Shown: piece after piece, positions 26,360-40,319 of the stretch
How positions within the stretch are numbered: the first letter of the stretch is position 1
How the letters are laid out: each line of letters begins with the position of its first letter
From: Octopus bimaculoides
Taxonomy: Eukaryota
Assembly: GCF_001194135.2 (NCBI RefSeq)
Contig: NC_068989.1
Location: forward strand, 63,471,673-63,535,672
Direction: 5' to 3'
DNA length: 64,000 nt
Notes under the pieces: model-generated
What the model was told of the DNA's origin: nothing
The model's input: only the letters and a program-made list of their open reading frames with translations
Databases searched by the model: none
Position numbers and translations under genes: made by a program

Positions 26360-27469
26360 TAGATGCACAACGAGAGACAACAAAGAGCGGAGACTTTCAG
26401 ATGGTGTATATTTAAGTATAAATATATAGATATTTATATTAATAGATCCAACTTACACAGAGTACAAACGATCTAAAATGTAAGATCTGGTGTACCTTGA
26501 TCACGGAGCCTCGCTATATCCAACGTTGATTACTTCCATTGCGGCGTACATATGACAGTGAACTACATCGACAAACATTATGATGAATCTCCGAAACAGC
26601 TCTCGGACTTATAATACTTACTTCCATCCCTTTCATTCACTCTATCTTTTCTCCGTGGAAGCTGGCTCTATCAATTTTTTTCACTTTCAAAAGTTTGGTA
26701 TGTAATAACACTATTTTCTTGGCATTCGGAATAATGATATTTGAGGCATACAAATAAGGAATACATTAAAACAAGTGGTTCATGGTACCCTGAAGCGTGA
26801 TGGAGCAAAATAGAAGTTAAATTTTTACCGTTGTTATTGATGCGCCAGGAAGTTCGTAGCCATATAACTCTGCCTTCTTCGCCATAAAGTTGGACAAGTT
26901 GAAAACATTTCAAACAGTCCCTAAAGGTGAACGTTACACACAGTTTATGGCTTCAGTGAAAAACATTAAAGTAATGAGAATTTGTAAGAGAATTCGTTTT
27001 CTTTCTCAATATATGCGTCGTCATAAATTCTTATAGACCAGCAATTGCTTCCTGATGTCGACTAAAATTGTTACCTAGCATTTGTGTCGGTTCGTAGATT
27101 TCAGTTTTAATTCCTTTTATATCCAGGATATATTATAACAGTTTTTTGATTGGAGAGATAATGGAAGCACTACAATATTTTAGGGACTGACGAGGACAGA
27201 GAAATTTCTGTTTTCAAATAAATAAGATGATCTGAAACACTTAAAACTGACTCCTCAAACACAATGGTGACGATGAATGAAGCGGTTTATTAAAGGTGTT
27301 TCTCGAGATTAGCCCCCTTTTGCTGGAAAAATGTTGACTCATGTTTTCTTAGTGTCTTCATTTAATTAAAGTATCACTGCTTTATTAGCACATTTTTTTT
27401 GATTCGGATCCTCATTTGCATTTTAGATAATATATTTTTTCTCAGTTTATGAAAATCATTATCTACTGG

Positions 27470-27687
27470 AGATAGCATTTAATATCCGGCCATAGCCGGC
27501 CCACACCTTCTACATGTTTTATGTTATATTGACCAGATCCAATCTCTCACATCTATAATTTCATTCTAAAGCATACAAGTACAGTATTGAAATCTTGAAG
27601 CTACAAAACAACGAGTGATTACTTCGAAACAATACGTATAAAGAAGCAATACATTTCACAAAGAACTTTGAATGATAAAGGGTTAAA
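27470..27687 (+). mobile_element. decayed MITE with TTAA-type terminus
   Basis: 3' end GATAAAGGGTTAA and degenerate 5' TAGCATTTAA..CCGGCC; resembles a recalled octopus MITE. Confidence 0.4.
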
Positions 27688-28523
27688 CTTTTGGAGAAAT
27701 AATTCATTTATTTTACGCCTTATAGATTTGAATGTCACCATGTTAGCGATAAGGATTTGGCTGTAAGCATTTATAAGTGTCAGTATGCCTGTGCACGCGT
27801 GTGTATGGATAATCGTTTCTAACGGTTTCACAAGCAGACGATTTGAAAAATGCGCGTTTCTCACGAAACCTTCCGATTTTAGTTTTCGATCGAACACCCC
27901 AGAAAGATAATTATTTACTTTATATAAGTGTCATATACAAAACTCTTGGGTACTGAGCCACTTTCCAATTTTCTGCAAAATAATAAATATAATTTTTTTA
28001 AATAAGTATTTATTGAAGTATTTATTTGTATTTATATCGCTTGTTCTAAAGATACGTAATACACACTCACACACACACACACACACACACACAGATATGT
28101 ATTATGTATATATNNNNNNNNNNNNNNNNNNNNNNNNNNNNNNNNNNNNNNNNNNNNNNNNNNNNNNNNNNNNNNNNNNNNNNNNNNNNNNNNNNNNNNN
28201 NNNNNNNNNNNNNNNNNNNNNNNNNNNNNNNNNNNNNNNNNNNNNNNNNNNNNNNNNNNNNNNNNNNNNNNNNNNNNNNNNNNNNNNNNNNNNNNNNNNN
28301 NNNNNNNNNNNNNNNNNNNNNNNNNNNNNNNNNNNNNNNNNNNNNNNNNNNNNNNNNNNNNNNNNNNNNNNNNNNNNNNNNNNNNNNNNNNNNNNNNNNN
28401 NNNNNNNNNNNNNNNNNNNNNNNNNNNNNNNNNNNNNNNNNNNNNNNNNNNNNNNNNNNNNNNNNNNNNNNNNNNNNNNNNNNNNNNNNNNNNNNNNNNN
28501 NNNNNNNNNNNNNNNNNNNNNNN

Positions 28524-28556
<33 letters not shown>

Positions 28557-30357
28557 CATATATATACATCATACATGTGTGTGTATGTATGTACGTTTGC
28601 ATGTATCTTTGTATGTATGTATTTATGTATGTGTGTATGTATGTATGTATGTATGTATGTATGTATATATGTATGGTGGGGTTGTCGTAGTCTGTGGGAG
28701 AGATGTTTGTATATCGGGGAAGAGAAAGAGAGATATTTGTGTATGAAAGAAAAAAAGTAACATTAAAGATTTTATCAGTGAAATATTGCTCAGTCCATAG
28801 ATAATCAATAATCGCCTGGTTCAGCGTTATCAGACAAAACTATCAATCTGCACCTGATTAAATCGAATTAGTATATTCAATTTTGGCGTGACAATCATAT
28901 CGGATTTCCTGTAGTCTTTTATTGAACTTTGATGCAGCCCAGAAACACACACAGAGACAAAAAACATATATATGCATATGTGTGTATGTATGTGTATCTA
29001 TCCCTCTATATATGTGTTTGTTTGCAAGTATGTACATGTGTATATGTATATATGTATATGTATGTGTATGATTGCATAATATATATATATATATATATAT
29101 TAATATAAGCAAAAAGTAAGTATACTTGCAAGTGTGTATGTGTGTGCGTATTAAATGTATGTATGCCAACAATATTGTTTCAACATGATTGTTTATTACT
29201 ATATCTCTGTAGTCGTGTATGCTAAATAATTTTGACTAATAAACACTAATACGTTAATTCATAAATGTGTGTGTGTACGCATGTATGCGCTTATGTATTT
29301 GAGCGTGAGCTTTCCTTTATTATATGCGTCTAACGTATGTTTACGTTGTCTGTATACCAGTCAGATATTCGAAGCCACATAAAACTTAGCTACGATTATA
29401 TATTTTTTTCTATAAAATACTATGTAAATTTAACATAACCACTTATGTATGTCTTAATCTAAATGTATTTTCTCATGTCTTTATTGATGTGCGCTGTAAG
29501 ATAAATATACATACATTTGTTGCACATTGCGCATTATTTACTGGCGCAAATGTTTCTTTGCTTTTTCATTATTTTTATTTTCTTTCCGCTTGTTGATAAA
29601 AAGACAACTGAAGTGTATCGGTAATTATTGGTTTAATTTAATCAATGATTCACATTATTTGTATTAACATAGCCAAGTCTGTGTTCTTGAAGTAGTAATA
29701 TAGATGACTAGCGCATACTTAGCAAATTCATCGAACACTTTACACTTTATATAGAATATATATTATAAGAATGCAGAAAAAATAATAAATGGAAGTGCCG
29801 TGTATGCATTTGAAGTGGACATACATTTATGACTGTTTACCTGGTTCCACTTTCTGTGGTGCCTGTAATAATACAATGAACACATTCTTATCTCCTTTTA
29901 CATGTTACATTACAAATTTATTGAAACATACGAGCTACACGCAGGCACACTCAAGCGAATGCCTACCCACACATACGAACGTATTCTGAGAGAGAGAGAT
30001 TGGGGAACATTTAATCTCTATAGGATGCTACGTTAATATACATCCGTTGTGATTAAGCATCCAGTTGTACTTCGAACACCCCAATATTATTATCCTAAAC
30101 AACTTACAACAGTGAAACGTACGTTGGGGCAGAAATGATATACACTTGTGTTTATCGTAGTTTATCTTATATTTGCCTTGCATATCACAATAAGTAACAC
30201 TACTAAATATAATAGTGAAGTAAGCCTTATAATAGAAGCAAACTGGGTCATGGTGATGTACATGGAGTAGCTGTTTATTGAACACAGTGTTTCTTAACTC
30301 TGGTCCATATGTCCCCTGAGGTTTCGACATAACAAAGTACTAAATTGTGTATCCACA

Positions 30358-30782
30358 GGCGCAGGAGTGGCTGTGTGGTAAGTAGCTTGCTTACCAACCA
30401 CATGGTTCTTAATTCATTCCTACTGCGTGGCACCATGGGCAACTGTCTTCTACTATAGCTTCGGGCTGACCAAAGCCTTTTGAGTGGATTTGGTAGACGG
30501 AAACTGAAAGAAGCCCGTCGTATATATGTATATATATATATATGTATGTGTGTGTATATGTTTGTATCTGTGTTTGTCCCCCCGCCCAACATAACTTGAC
30601 AACAGTTGGTGGTGTGTTTACGTCCCCGTAACTTAGCGGTTCGGGAAAGAGAACGATAGAATAAGTGCTAGGGTTCCAAAGAATAAGTCCTGGGGTCGAT
30701 TTGCTCGACTAAAGGTGGTGCTCCAGCATGGCCGCAGCCAAATGACTGAAACAAGTAAAAGAGAAAAAGAGTAAAAGAGAGT
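30358..30782 (+). mobile_element. SINE family B, full length
   Basis: Head, CORE-like segment, internal TA/TG tract, GGTGCTCCAGCATGGCC and GTAAAAGA tail. Confidence 0.9.
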
Positions 30783-30842
30783 ATTATTGAAAAGGTGCAT
30801 GAAAAAAAAATTGCTTTAAATGTATTTATTGCAAGAGGCTGC

Positions 30843-31007
30843 TACGATTATATCGACCCCAGTGCGTAACTGGTATTTATTTAATCGTCCCTGAAAGGAT
30901 GAAAGGCAAAGTCGACCTCGGCGGAATTTGAACTCAGAACGTAGCGGCAAACGAAATACTGCTAAGCATTTCGTCCGGCATGCTAACGTTTCTGCCAGCT
31001 CGCCCCC
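30843..31007 (-). mobile_element. SINE family A
   Basis: Reverse complement of the 840-1058 head and core. Confidence 0.88.
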
Positions 31008-31395
31008 TTTAACATGTTTCTGGTCACTCAGACATGTTCCCTCAGAGATTTCTATTGCCAACTTACACAAATGAATGAGGAAAAGACAAAATAGGAATAT
31101 TGAATAAAAAAGGGTCTATTTAACCACTTTTTGAACATCGAATGGTTCTGGGGTGTCTACCAGAATAAAATAATAGTCAAAGGTCCTTAGGCAAAAAATG
31201 GTTGAAAAGCACTGATCTAACTGTATACTCAAGAGATACCATATGTGCNNNNNNNNNNNNNNNNNNNNNNNNNNNNNNNNNNNNNNNNNNNNNNNNNNNN
31301 NNNNNNNNNNNNNNNNNNNNNNNNNNNNNNNNNNNNNNNNNNNNNNNNNNNNNNNNNNNNNNNNNNNNNNNNNNNNNNNNNNNNNNNNNNNNNNN

Positions 31396-31453
<58 letters not shown>

Positions 31454-32526
31454 GCGTATGTGTGTGTGCGCGCCTGTGTGTGTTTGTATATGTGTGTGAG
31501 AGATTGTGTATGTGTTTGTGTGCGTATGTGTTGTGGGTGTGCGTGTGTGTGTGTGTGTGTGCTTATCAACCTGCTTGTGTCTGTCTGTACGTGGATGTGT
31601 GTACGAATGAGTATATATTATAATGGCCACTTTATAAATTATAGCTGTTAATTATGATATTACATATATTTGCTAGAGTTTTACTTGTTCTAGGAGTTAT
31701 ATATTTTTTGTCTTAAACTGTATCTTCCACCTTACGATAGAAGTCGGTATGTAAATTATCCTGTAAAAATCTACACTGAGTTTACAGACTTTTAATTTTA
31801 CTTGTACTGGATGTAAAAAAAAAATGTCAGAAAGAATTGGCATCAAAATTGTCAAATATAACCAATATAGAATATTGAAAATGTCAGCTCTTTAGGAGAT
31901 AAAAGTGTTCTTCATTTTGCTTATTCGACTTACTTGTACCAAGCGAAGTTTGAGTGTCTGCTTTTAACAGCTTCTTCTTCTTTGAAATAATTGTTTAACA
32001 CCCAGGTGTACAATATTCCTACATTTCCAGAATGCCAGTATGTTACTTTATTGTATTACTCTCTGTTATTTTTGTTCCTGATATCAGTATTAGTAAACTG
32101 CGTTTGATATTTAATATGCTTCTTACTCAAGTCATGACACTAGTGTAGAATTACATGGAAATGAATAAAGTTGATTTTATTGTATCAGCGCTTTCTTCTG
32201 TCAGATAATATATTTCAGCTTATTCATAAAAGTCGCACAGAAAATTAAAATAAGGTAATTTTTCATAAACGTCATTTCTTTTTCTACCATGTTACAGTTC
32301 GTGACAAACATCTTTCTAAGTGTCTTGTTATCTACGCTCCAGAAATTGCGTTCCAAAAGAAGAAAGTTTTTACTCACTAAAATTTTACATTTAGGACTCT
32401 GTAGAGTTTGAACTAAAGACATTGACAAACGAAATAAATATAACAAGAAAATTTTTCTGACGATACAGTGCGTTGCCTTAGATATATTATTCTATGCGTT
32501 ATTCGATCTACTATAGTATTTCACAT

Positions 32527-32914
32527 GTTGTTGGCACTCCGTCGCTTACGACGATGAGGGTTCCAGTTCATCCGATCAACGGAACAGCCTGCTCGTGAAA
32601 TTAAAGTGCAAGTGGCTGAGCACTCCACAGACACGTGTACCCTTAACGTAGTTCTCGGGGATATTCAGCGTGACACAGTGTGACAAGGCTGGCCCTTTGA
32701 AATACAGGTACACCAGAAACAGGAAGAAAGACTGAGAGAAAGTTGTGGTGAAAGAGTACAGCAGGGTTCGCCACCACCACCCCCTGCCGAAAGCCTCGTG
32801 GAGCTTTAGGTGTTTTCGCTCAATAAACACTCACAACGTCCGGTCTGGGAATCGAAACCGCGATCCTATGACCGCGAGTCCACTGCCCTAACCACTGGGC
32901 CATTGCGCCTCCAC
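32527..32914 (-). mobile_element. tRNA-Arg-like SINE (OR-type), full length
   Basis: Inverted homologue of 1515-1869; probable TSD ATTTCACAT / ATTGCACAT. Confidence 0.9.
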
Positions 32915-33530
32915 ATTGCACATCTGCGTCAGGATGCTGTAATATTATACGGAAGAATATTTTTTAACATACAAAACGCTTGTATTTATATGAAGGAAAC
33001 CGTACAGTATCAATTCCTTTAGATGAGATACTTAAATTAGAAAAATCGTTAAATGAATGTAATGCTATATCTTTACTACAACAATAATTGAAAGGTAGTT
33101 CCAAGCAAATATTACTTTTAAAATATTACTACGGATATTGAATACAGTTTTTTATTATGTCCCTATCTGTATTTTAACTTAACAGGTACTTATTAATGAC
33201 AGGCTTCGGATCCTAGAAAGGATTATATTTTGAAAAGGACTGTATTCGTTGTTATGCAGATTTATTCATCAATGAAACCCATAGACTTTCTTAGGGTTTT
33301 GCTAGTTTATATCAGTCTCCTTGTCAAGTTGTTTGTTGGATGACACTTAACTATGGAGTAAAATTGATGATATAATTGAAAACTTATAGAAAATCCCGTA
33401 TATACTCTAGTAAGTACGGGACTTTCTATATACACTGTTGACTTACGGGTATCTTCTGTCCTTGACTCTAGGTTGCTCTTCTTATTAAAATATCTCAGTT
33501 GTATTTGATCCTGCAAATAATTATAAATAA

Positions 33531-33571
<41 letters not shown>

Positions 33572-33845
33572 NNNNNNNNNNNNNNNNNNNNNNNNNNNNN
33601 NNNNNNNNNNNNNNNNNNNNNNNNNNNNNNNNNNNNNNNNNNNNNNNNNNNNNNNNNNNNNNNNNNNNNNNNNNNNNNNNNNNNNNNNNNNNNNNNNNNN
33701 NNNNNNNNNNNNNNNNNNNNNNNNNNNNNNNNNNNNNNNNNNNNNNNNNNNNNNNNNNNNNNNNNNNNNNNNNNNNNNNNNNNNNNNNNNNNNNNNNNNN
33801 NNNNNTATATATATATATGTATATATTATATATATATATACATTC

Positions 33846-34100
33846 ACGATCTCTAGATCGTAGTTTCAATTCCTAGACCGAGAGGGGAGTTGTGATCTTG
33901 AGCAAAACACTTCATCTCCTTTTGTTCTACAATCGAATCGACATCTGACGCGTGGTACACCGTCCACCTGTTTAGAAAACGTCGATTTAATGGAGAGGAT
34001 GAGATAATGTGCGGCACGAACATGTGATCACTATAAACAAATGATTTGCGCAGGTCGTTTGACAAAAGATGAACGCTAATACATCGTCGGGTTCGACTGG
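33846..34100 (+). mobile_element. CORE-type SINE with a different 3' module
   Basis: GTTTCAATTCCTAGACCG..GATCTTGAGCAAAACACTTCAT head/CORE, followed by a distinct body. Confidence 0.55.
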
Positions 34101-34109
34101 ACATATATG

Positions 34110-34152
<43 letters not shown>

Positions 34153-35033
34153 CTATTTGTCTGTCCCTATGTATGTATGTGTATGTAATGGCCTGTCCTA
34201 TCGCAGAACCAGTACTTTGGAAACTTCTAACGTTACAGCGATTAATTACTCACATTACTAGAAATTGGTAATATTTGATTTTATCGGCCCGAGTTCTACT
34301 CACCCATGCATAAATTGTTCTTTCGTTTCATATGTAATACAATATTCCAGCAATCATGTCGGTTCAGTTTGATGAATCATACATCTTTTTTCAAGAATCG
34401 AACTTGTGTCTGGTAATACAGAGGCCCGAGTTATAAGTATGAACACCAAATTGTTTGATAATAAAATGTATTCAATAAATCGGTATTTGTTCAAACTTAA
34501 TGCAATCACTGCTCGACTTTTAGAATTGAAACAATACTAGCAAAGACTAAAACCAGAATCAAATTCACCGATTGATCATGTCGTGGTTAACAGAAAATGC
34601 TCAAAGTTAACCGAGATATCAACAACACACTTTACCTCTGAGAGAAATATCTCTTTGAAGATAGCATTAACTTGCGCGACAGAACCATGTCATTATGCTA
34701 TGGACACATTTCAAAGCTCAATACAGCAATACGCCGGATATTATACTGATACCCACTTCACTAAGTAATTTCTTGGTCTATTGAACATAAAACATTGCTT
34801 CAACGCTCAAGAGGCTTTTAGTGTACATGTACATATGCTTTGTATGCAGCCATATGTGTAGCAACGTGTAAAGAGATGCAGGTACATACATATACAAACA
34901 TTGATGTGTATAAATATGTACACTTCTTTCTCTCCCTCGCTCTGTCCGTAAATGTGAATATATACATAGGTAGATATGCAGATATACATATACATTTATA
35001 TATATATAGCACTTTCATGCACTTAATAGATAG

Positions 35034-35047
35034 ATAAACAGATAGAC

Positions 35048-35097
<50 letters not shown>
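35034..35097 (+). repeat. (GATA)n microsatellite
   Basis: Direct reading. Confidence 0.95.
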
Positions 35098-35098
<1 letters not shown>

Positions 35099-35692
35099 AG
35101 TTTCCGCGTGTTCATGAATATTTATAGCTGCTTTGTTAATTTGTTGATATTTCTAAATGTCTTTATATGTATCATGTACACATGCATATATATATATGCG
35201 TGTCTACGTTCGTACTTATGTATGTGTTTGTTTAAAAGTACAATTTGCTTATGAGCAATATGACAGTCTCCGCACAGAAACGGATTTGAATGAAACAACT
35301 TAGCATGTAAATATGCATGTAAAAGGCCACACATTCTCACAGACAAACAGATTTTCATAAACCATATATGTTGCATATATGTTAACTTAGATGAGATGTT
35401 AATCTTATAAACATATTCAACAGGGAAATATGGTGCGAAATAAAAACATACGATGTTTACGCTACGAAACTTTTCTCGACTGTTTGGGATTAAGTGTAAA
35501 TAACTTTATGATATTAATCTTTATATATATGTATTTATACAAATCCATTTATGCATAATAAGTCTCATACACACATACATGAACACATAGGCACACATGT
35601 AATATATATACGTGTATGCACGTGTGTGTGTGTGTGTGTCTGCGTGTTTTGTGTGTATTTATACATTATATATATATATAATCACATATATA

Positions 35693-35736
<44 letters not shown>

Positions 35737-36067
35737 GGGTGAGTGTGCATGTGCGTGTGTGTGTATGTGTATGTGTGTGTGTGTTTGTGTGTGTACGTAT
35801 ACAGAGCTAGACTGAATGAGAATGTATGCTTCATGAAGCTGTGAATCGCGAAACAACTAAATTTCAAGCTCAGCACCTCGCTTGGATAATTACCACCTAG
35901 TAAGTGCTAAGTATCCAAGTGGGGTTTATATCGTAGGTTACTCTTCAGTCCAAGATGATGTCTGTTCCATTCCTTAAATCTTGTATTCTTATTCGCACAT
36001 CCGTCAACTCTGGCCGCCTACCGTGAGGTATAAATAGAACTGTTTTCTCTGTTTATCGTACTTTTTC

Positions 36068-36275
<208 letters not shown>

Positions 36276-36586
36276 TAAGTCTCAATACATGGATTCAGGT
36301 AATACAGTAGTACTCATAAAAAAGCTCCTTAATATATCATTGTTGTACAAACTATATAGAATATGTAGTAATATACGACAGATAAAGACGTAGCTCAAAT
36401 TCTACATTATTTCAAACGAATGCTTTTTACATTTCCCATTAATGCAGACATGGAAGTAATTTACTTATTAAATATATTATAAATTATTTGCAGATTTTCG
36501 AGCTTGGAAACTAACTTGTCATATTCGGATTTTCCGTATTCTTAAATAAAAGTTTATCAAACTATTTCTGTCATATACTACTATAT

Positions 36587-36622
<36 letters not shown>

Positions 36623-36804
36623 NNNNNNNNNNNNNNNNNNNNNNNNNNNNNNNNNNNNNNNNNNNNNNNNNNNNNNNNNNNNNNNNNNNNNNNNNNNNNN
36701 NNNNNNNNNNNNNNNNNNNNNNNNNNNNNNNNNNNNNNNNNNNNNNNNNNNNNNNNNNNNNNNNNNNNNNNNNNNNNNNNNNNNNNNNNNNNNNNNNNNN
36801 NNNN

Positions 36805-36839
<35 letters not shown>

Positions 36840-37023
36840 ATAAATATAGATACATATATATACACATACAAAGTATGGGGGTTTAGTTCACAGGTGATCT
36901 AGACAATTAGGTACGGATAGTGCTGTAAAAGATAACTAGGGCTCCAAGGCTATAGCCGAAACAGTAGTTATGGTGTCGTTGCCGTTTTCCGATGCAGCGG
37001 ATATATAATTGTTACACAGTACG

Positions 37024-37171
37024 TCAGACATTAAGGCAAGACGAACATGTCAAGTCATATACAATATTATTATTAGAAGGAATTCTACATCTTAAGATTT
37101 AGAATTTCTTTATTTCTTCCTATAATAATATTGTATATGACTTGAGATGTTTGCCTTGTGTTAATGTTTGA
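37024..37171. repeat. imperfect palindrome centred on ATCTTAAGAT
   Basis: AAGGCAA..CAAGTCATATACAATATTATTAT mirrored by ATAATAATATTGTATATGACTTG..TTGCCTT. Confidence 0.8.
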
Positions 37172-37179
37172 CCTCCTGT

Positions 37180-37285
37180 GTAACAGCTGGCAAATATTAG
37201 TAATCCTGCGACGGACAGCGGTCCTGTCCATGTGGGGGAATATATTCGTTATGGAAACCGCGAAACCGGCCCTTAGTCGGTATGA
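37180..37285 (+). mobile_element. SINE 3' module (Nin/Deu-like domain)
   Basis: CCTGCGACGGACAGCGGTCCTGTCCA..GGAAACCGCGAAACCGGCC; similar to the tail of 50390-50585. Domain name from recall. Confidence 0.45.
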
Positions 37286-37759
37286 TTTTTGTTAACATGC
37301 ATCAGATAGGTACAACTTACCCATCTTTACACACATATACATACGATAAACGTAGAATTTACAAATACACATATCGACTGTATAAATACTGATTTTAGCT
37401 TACAACCCCATATATACACCTAAACTTATTACAGGGACACGCACATGAGCTCAAGTGCATATACGTGCATAAACACATACAATATTCACGCATTAACACA
37501 CAAAATACACATGCATATAACTGTCACACTTCCTGCACAAACACATACACACGCACAGACATGCTACTAGCACAAAGTATACATGCACAGCACATCCTGC
37601 CCCTTAAGTTCTCCACGTTTACTTTTAGTCACATTGTCAGTGTGAACCGGTGTATTGTCATGCTGTAGGATTGTGTGCTTTCGATTAGAAAGGGCATCTA
37701 TGCATCATATACTCGCTACAGATAATGAACATAAATGAAAACGTTCACAGTATGGCTGT

Positions 37760-38150
37760 CTGGCAGAAGCTCAAAGACCTTCTGTTGCGGAAGGAAACAC
37801 TTGATTTCTCTTATGAGCATTACGAAAATAGATCCATTTTTCATCATTGTTGACAATTCGACGCCAAAATCTGGTACCGCGAGGTTCTGCTAGCAGTTAC
37901 TTGCAAATGTTCATTTGACATCGAGGCTGATGATGGGGTAGTTCTTGAGAACTTCGTGGCAGCGTCTGTTCCCAAGGCTGAGCTTATGAAGGCATCGATA
38001 GACGGTGTCTTCTGAAGTATCAAGTTCTGCTGACAATGCACAAGTGTTTTTACTTAGGACTTGTTCAGCCATTTCAAGCAAGGCCTCATCTTTCAGATCA
38101 GAAGGTCTCCCCCAAGTTAGTTCTTTTTTCACAAGTAGCGTAGAGAGCCT
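37760..38150 (-). mobile_element. decayed mariner transposase fragment
   Basis: GRPSDLKDEALLE..TVYRCLHKL, RFWRRIVNNDEKWIYF. Confidence 0.8.
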
Positions 38151-38231
38151 GTAACTCCAATTTTTCACTTCTTATTATCAAAGTTGTAACATGAAAAATA
38201 AAGATTAATATCTATGTTTTTTTATATGAAA

Positions 38232-38470
38232 ACCAAACCAAAGGAATTCCAAACGGCAGGCCGCTTTTATTTTGCTTTTGTTCAGTCACAAAAAATTTCT
38301 TCACAGTTATAACACACAACATGACGGATCCATTTTTTGTCAAGGACAATTTCAAAACAGGCTTTATAAGCCGGTCTCGCACACAATGCGATATTGTGCC
38401 TTTGACGAATAAGTGCGAAGGATACACGGACATAGAAGAAGCCATCAGGATTATTCACACATCTATATTT
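38232..38470 (-). mobile_element. Chapaev-like transposase N-terminal zinc-finger fragment
   Basis: RCVNNPDGFFYV..IRQRHNI..AYKA..DKKWIRHVVCYNCEE..GLPFGIPLVW. Family name from recall. Confidence 0.6.
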
Positions 38471-38727
38471 CCACGAAAAAAGTCATGATCAGATCTCAAA
38501 AGTCAGAATTGCCAATTCTTTGTAAGTAGGATATATGTATCTCAATATGTCAAAGTTAACTACAAATGTGTAAAAAGTTAATCTTCAAATCGCAAGAAGA
38601 CTAGAGCGTGAAGAGGAAACCACATTCCAGATTTGAAAATACCACAGAAAGGCAGTTAGTTTCGCGTAAAACCACCTTATGCAATAGAAAATAAAGAAAA
38701 AAAATGTTGCCCAACGTAATGAATTTA

Positions 38728-38985
38728 ATGCCAAAATGAAGAGATTTACAAAGAGACAACCTCCTTGGAATATTCCCTATGAAAGATATACAACACTGGA
38801 GACTGTCGTTTCGCCCTCACTTCTAAGTATAGGAATTGCTGTGCAAGTCTTTATGATCCTCTCAATGGCAACTATGAAGATAGCAGATACTTTTGCCAAA
38901 TCTAGACAGTTTAGCAGCCATAAGTGCGGCAATCGAATCAAATACCTTCCTATAATCAAGCCATATTTTTGCAAGGCTGTTACGA
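38728..38985 (-). mobile_element. RLE-clade (R4/Dong-like) LINE reverse transcriptase fragment
   Basis: NMA-LDYRKVFDS-like motif (frameshifted), PHLWLLNCLDLAKV, GIFQGGCLFVNLFILA. Confidence 0.7.
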
Positions 38986-38989
38986 TGTT

Positions 38990-39042
38990 ATTTTTGTTGT
39001 TGTTGTCGTTGTTGTTGTTGTTGTCGTTGTTGTTGTTGTTGC
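38990..39042 (+). repeat. (GTT)n microsatellite
   Basis: Direct reading. Confidence 0.95.
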
Positions 39043-40319
39043 TTTACTTAGGATAGTACAGCCTTGTTTATCAAAATTTTGTTCGGGACATCCCTACATT
39101 CCCTTTTTCCATCGGCATTCTCAGCAGTCACTTTATATGTATGTATGCATGTATGTATGTATATATGTTCGTATGTATGTATGTATGTACATATGAATAT
39201 GTGTGTGTGTTTGTATGTATGCATCTATATATATGTTATATTTGTTGCCCATCCATTAATTCCCGGATTCAATTCAATAGCGCGTGATCTTTGTCACAGA
39301 TATCTTCTAACCTAACCTCGCTGTGCCAAAACCTTGAGTAGACAGTCTTTTGGAACATTATCGTAAATATTTTACCCGTAATTCAAAGGACTAACTTAAT
39401 AGTGTTGATTTGGTCTGAGAATTAATTCATCGAAGGGTTTACGTGTCTGTCACGGTAACTGTCACGCCACATGTTAATTTAAAGAGAAATTCAATTTAAC
39501 GTGCAAAATAAACGCTCATTGTGGAACTCGAAGGTGGATCGTTATCTTGTCATAGACAGCTATCTCAGAAACGCTATCACACATATACATGCACAATTAT
39601 ATATAAATACGTGTGAGTATGTGGAGGGGCTGTGTGTGTATGTGTGGTGTGTGTGTTTCTGTGTATGTGTGTGTGATCGTGTGTACGTATGAATTCTTGT
39701 ATATGTAAGGGTGTGTATGCTTCTGCGTATAACCATGAGTATGTGTGTCTCTATGTGCATGCTCGTATAGAAACAGGCCTGAATACTTACTGATATGAAT
39801 GCGTGTGTATGTTCATGGCTATATATATTTACGTAGACAAAATTCTATTTCTCCTTATACGTGAGAGTTATATAATTAAGTACTGACTTACAAAGATTTT
39901 CCACAAAAACAGATTACTTATGCAAACGATAGTCATATCGCAACACAATGCCAATACAAACATGTAGCAACATACTTACCAAAGAAAAAACACTTGCTAC
40001 TGTCACAGAAGCGTAACATTTACAAATCTGACCGTAGCCAAAAAAAAAAAAATCGATAAAAGACGTAAACCTTTAACAATCGAAATCCTTTGCCTAAAAT
40101 CTCTAAATGAATTCAAACAGTAAATAGGAAACAGAGCAGACACCAGATCCATTCGACTCCTCAAATTTTGAAGGTTTGGAAACGTTAAATACGACTTAGA
40201 AATTAACTATAAATATCAATAGGGAATCACGAAGTTCTAAAATGAAAAGCGAGCCGTTTATTAAATGAACTATACAGTATACATATACATATGTCGTTTG
40301 CACAAAAGACATGCCAGTT

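Larger units (their letters stand above)
30285..31214 (+). mobile_element. putative hAT/Charlie-type MITE interrupted by two SINEs
   Basis: CAGTGTTTCTTAAC at 30285 and GTTGAAAAGCACTG ending 31214 (11/14 inverted match). Confidence 0.45.

Noticed and set aside
26578-26610. ATGATGA..CCGAAACAG hammerhead-like motif (similar partial motifs at ~9162, ~11825 and ~1178)
   Set aside because: Core incomplete and no consistent stems I and III.
26671-26913. 80-aa minus-strand ORF
   Set aside because: No recognisable domain in any frame.
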